Assembly: GCA_028682915.1 (NCBI GenBank)
Contig: JAJRAN010000135.1
Location: 1 to 56,369 of the forward strand
DNA length: 56,369 nucleotides
From: Methanomassiliicoccales archaeon
GTDB lineage: Archaea; Thermoplasmatota; Thermoplasmata; Methanomassiliicoccales; UBA472
Direction of reading: 5' to 3'
Position 1 is the stretch's first letter. Each line of letters starts with the position of its first letter. A program made the translations under genes and the position numbers. Below are positions 56,008 through 56,369 of this stretch, piece by piece. Below the pieces are notes generated by a model. The model made no database searches and was not told where the DNA came from. It worked only from the letters and a program-made list of their open reading frames with translations.

Positions 56008-56283
56008 TCACAGCGAAAGTATGTTGGAGGTGCCCTTGTCGATAATGGCCACCGCCGAGACCGAGAACGGCTTCCCGGCCAGGGCGCCCAGCTCCATGTT
56101 GGTGCCCTCGAACGTTCTCACCGGCACGGAGGTCGTCGTCTTTAGGAACTGACTGGGGCAGTTCGCGGAGATGACCACCATCTTCGCCTCTCCATTCCTC
56201 ACGGCCTTCTCAGCTTGCTGCACGCCGAACACGACCTTCCCGGTCTGCACGGCGGTCTTCAATGCCCTTCCGATATCAATCAT
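56008..56283 (-). CDS. rpl30e: 50S ribosomal protein L30e
   Basis: ALKTAVQTGKVVFG, ELGALAGKPF.VS, D.G.S.I. Confidence 0.96.
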   Translation of the reverse strand: MIDIGRALKTAVQTGKVVFGVQQAEKAVRNGEAKMVVISANCPSQFLKTTTSVPVRTFEGTNMELGALAGKPFSVSAVAIIDKGTSNILSL

Positions 56284-56369
56284 TGGTCTGCCCCCTCTTA
56301 ACTGGTTTATATTCCAAATTGACGGCTCCGGTGCCGAGCGTAACAGGCTGCCCCACTATAATGTTTTCT
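56276..56369 (-). CDS. rpoA2: RNA polymerase subunit A'' (Rpo1C), C-terminal end only
   Basis: Not in the ORF track. Manual translation gives ENIIVGQPVTLGTGAVNLEYKPVKRGQTND*; canonical position upstream of rpl30e-nusA. Confidence 0.93.
   Translation of the reverse strand, partial: ENIIVGQPVTLGTGAVNLEYKPVKRGQTND

Noticed and set aside
1..56369. CRISPR arrays, IS elements, proviral or defence genes
   Set aside because: No regularly spaced repeats, transposase, integrase or recognisable defence domains seen.

Overview
GC-rich archaeal chromosomal segment. Markers include rpoK, rpoA2-rpl30e-nusA, rps17e, gatDE, aglB, archaeal Rqc2 and BHB-type tRNA introns. The gene set (thyX, hypB/hypE, very long AglB, giant beta-helix surface protein) suggests Thermoplasmata, probably Methanomassiliicoccales-related; this assignment is an inference. 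I find about 49 CDS (two truncated by the window ends) and four tRNAs (Arg-UCG, Val-UAC, Thr-GGU, Arg-GCG), with no IS element, integrase or CRISPR array. The most notable observations are: (1) two tRNAs with introns at non-canonical D-arm positions (23/24 and 20/21) and relaxed BHB motifs; (2) a possible envelope-sensing module of a secreted beta-propeller protein, a membrane-tethered ArsR-type regulator and a membrane-anchored Zn-PLC/P1-like protein, behind a perfect 9-bp palindrome; (3) a 2162-aa AglB with a long beta-sandwich stalk, followed by a CARDB protein that appears to need an ACG start codon; (4) a 3029-aa beta-helix/NIDO-like adhesin; (5) an ArsA/ArsD-like/QueG-like/ArsC cluster with no efflux pump in the window; (6) a K+ channel fused to a YHS domain; (7) several candidate cis-regulatory RNA elements; and (8) high amber-stop usage. 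All family calls come from motif recognition by eye, not from database searches.
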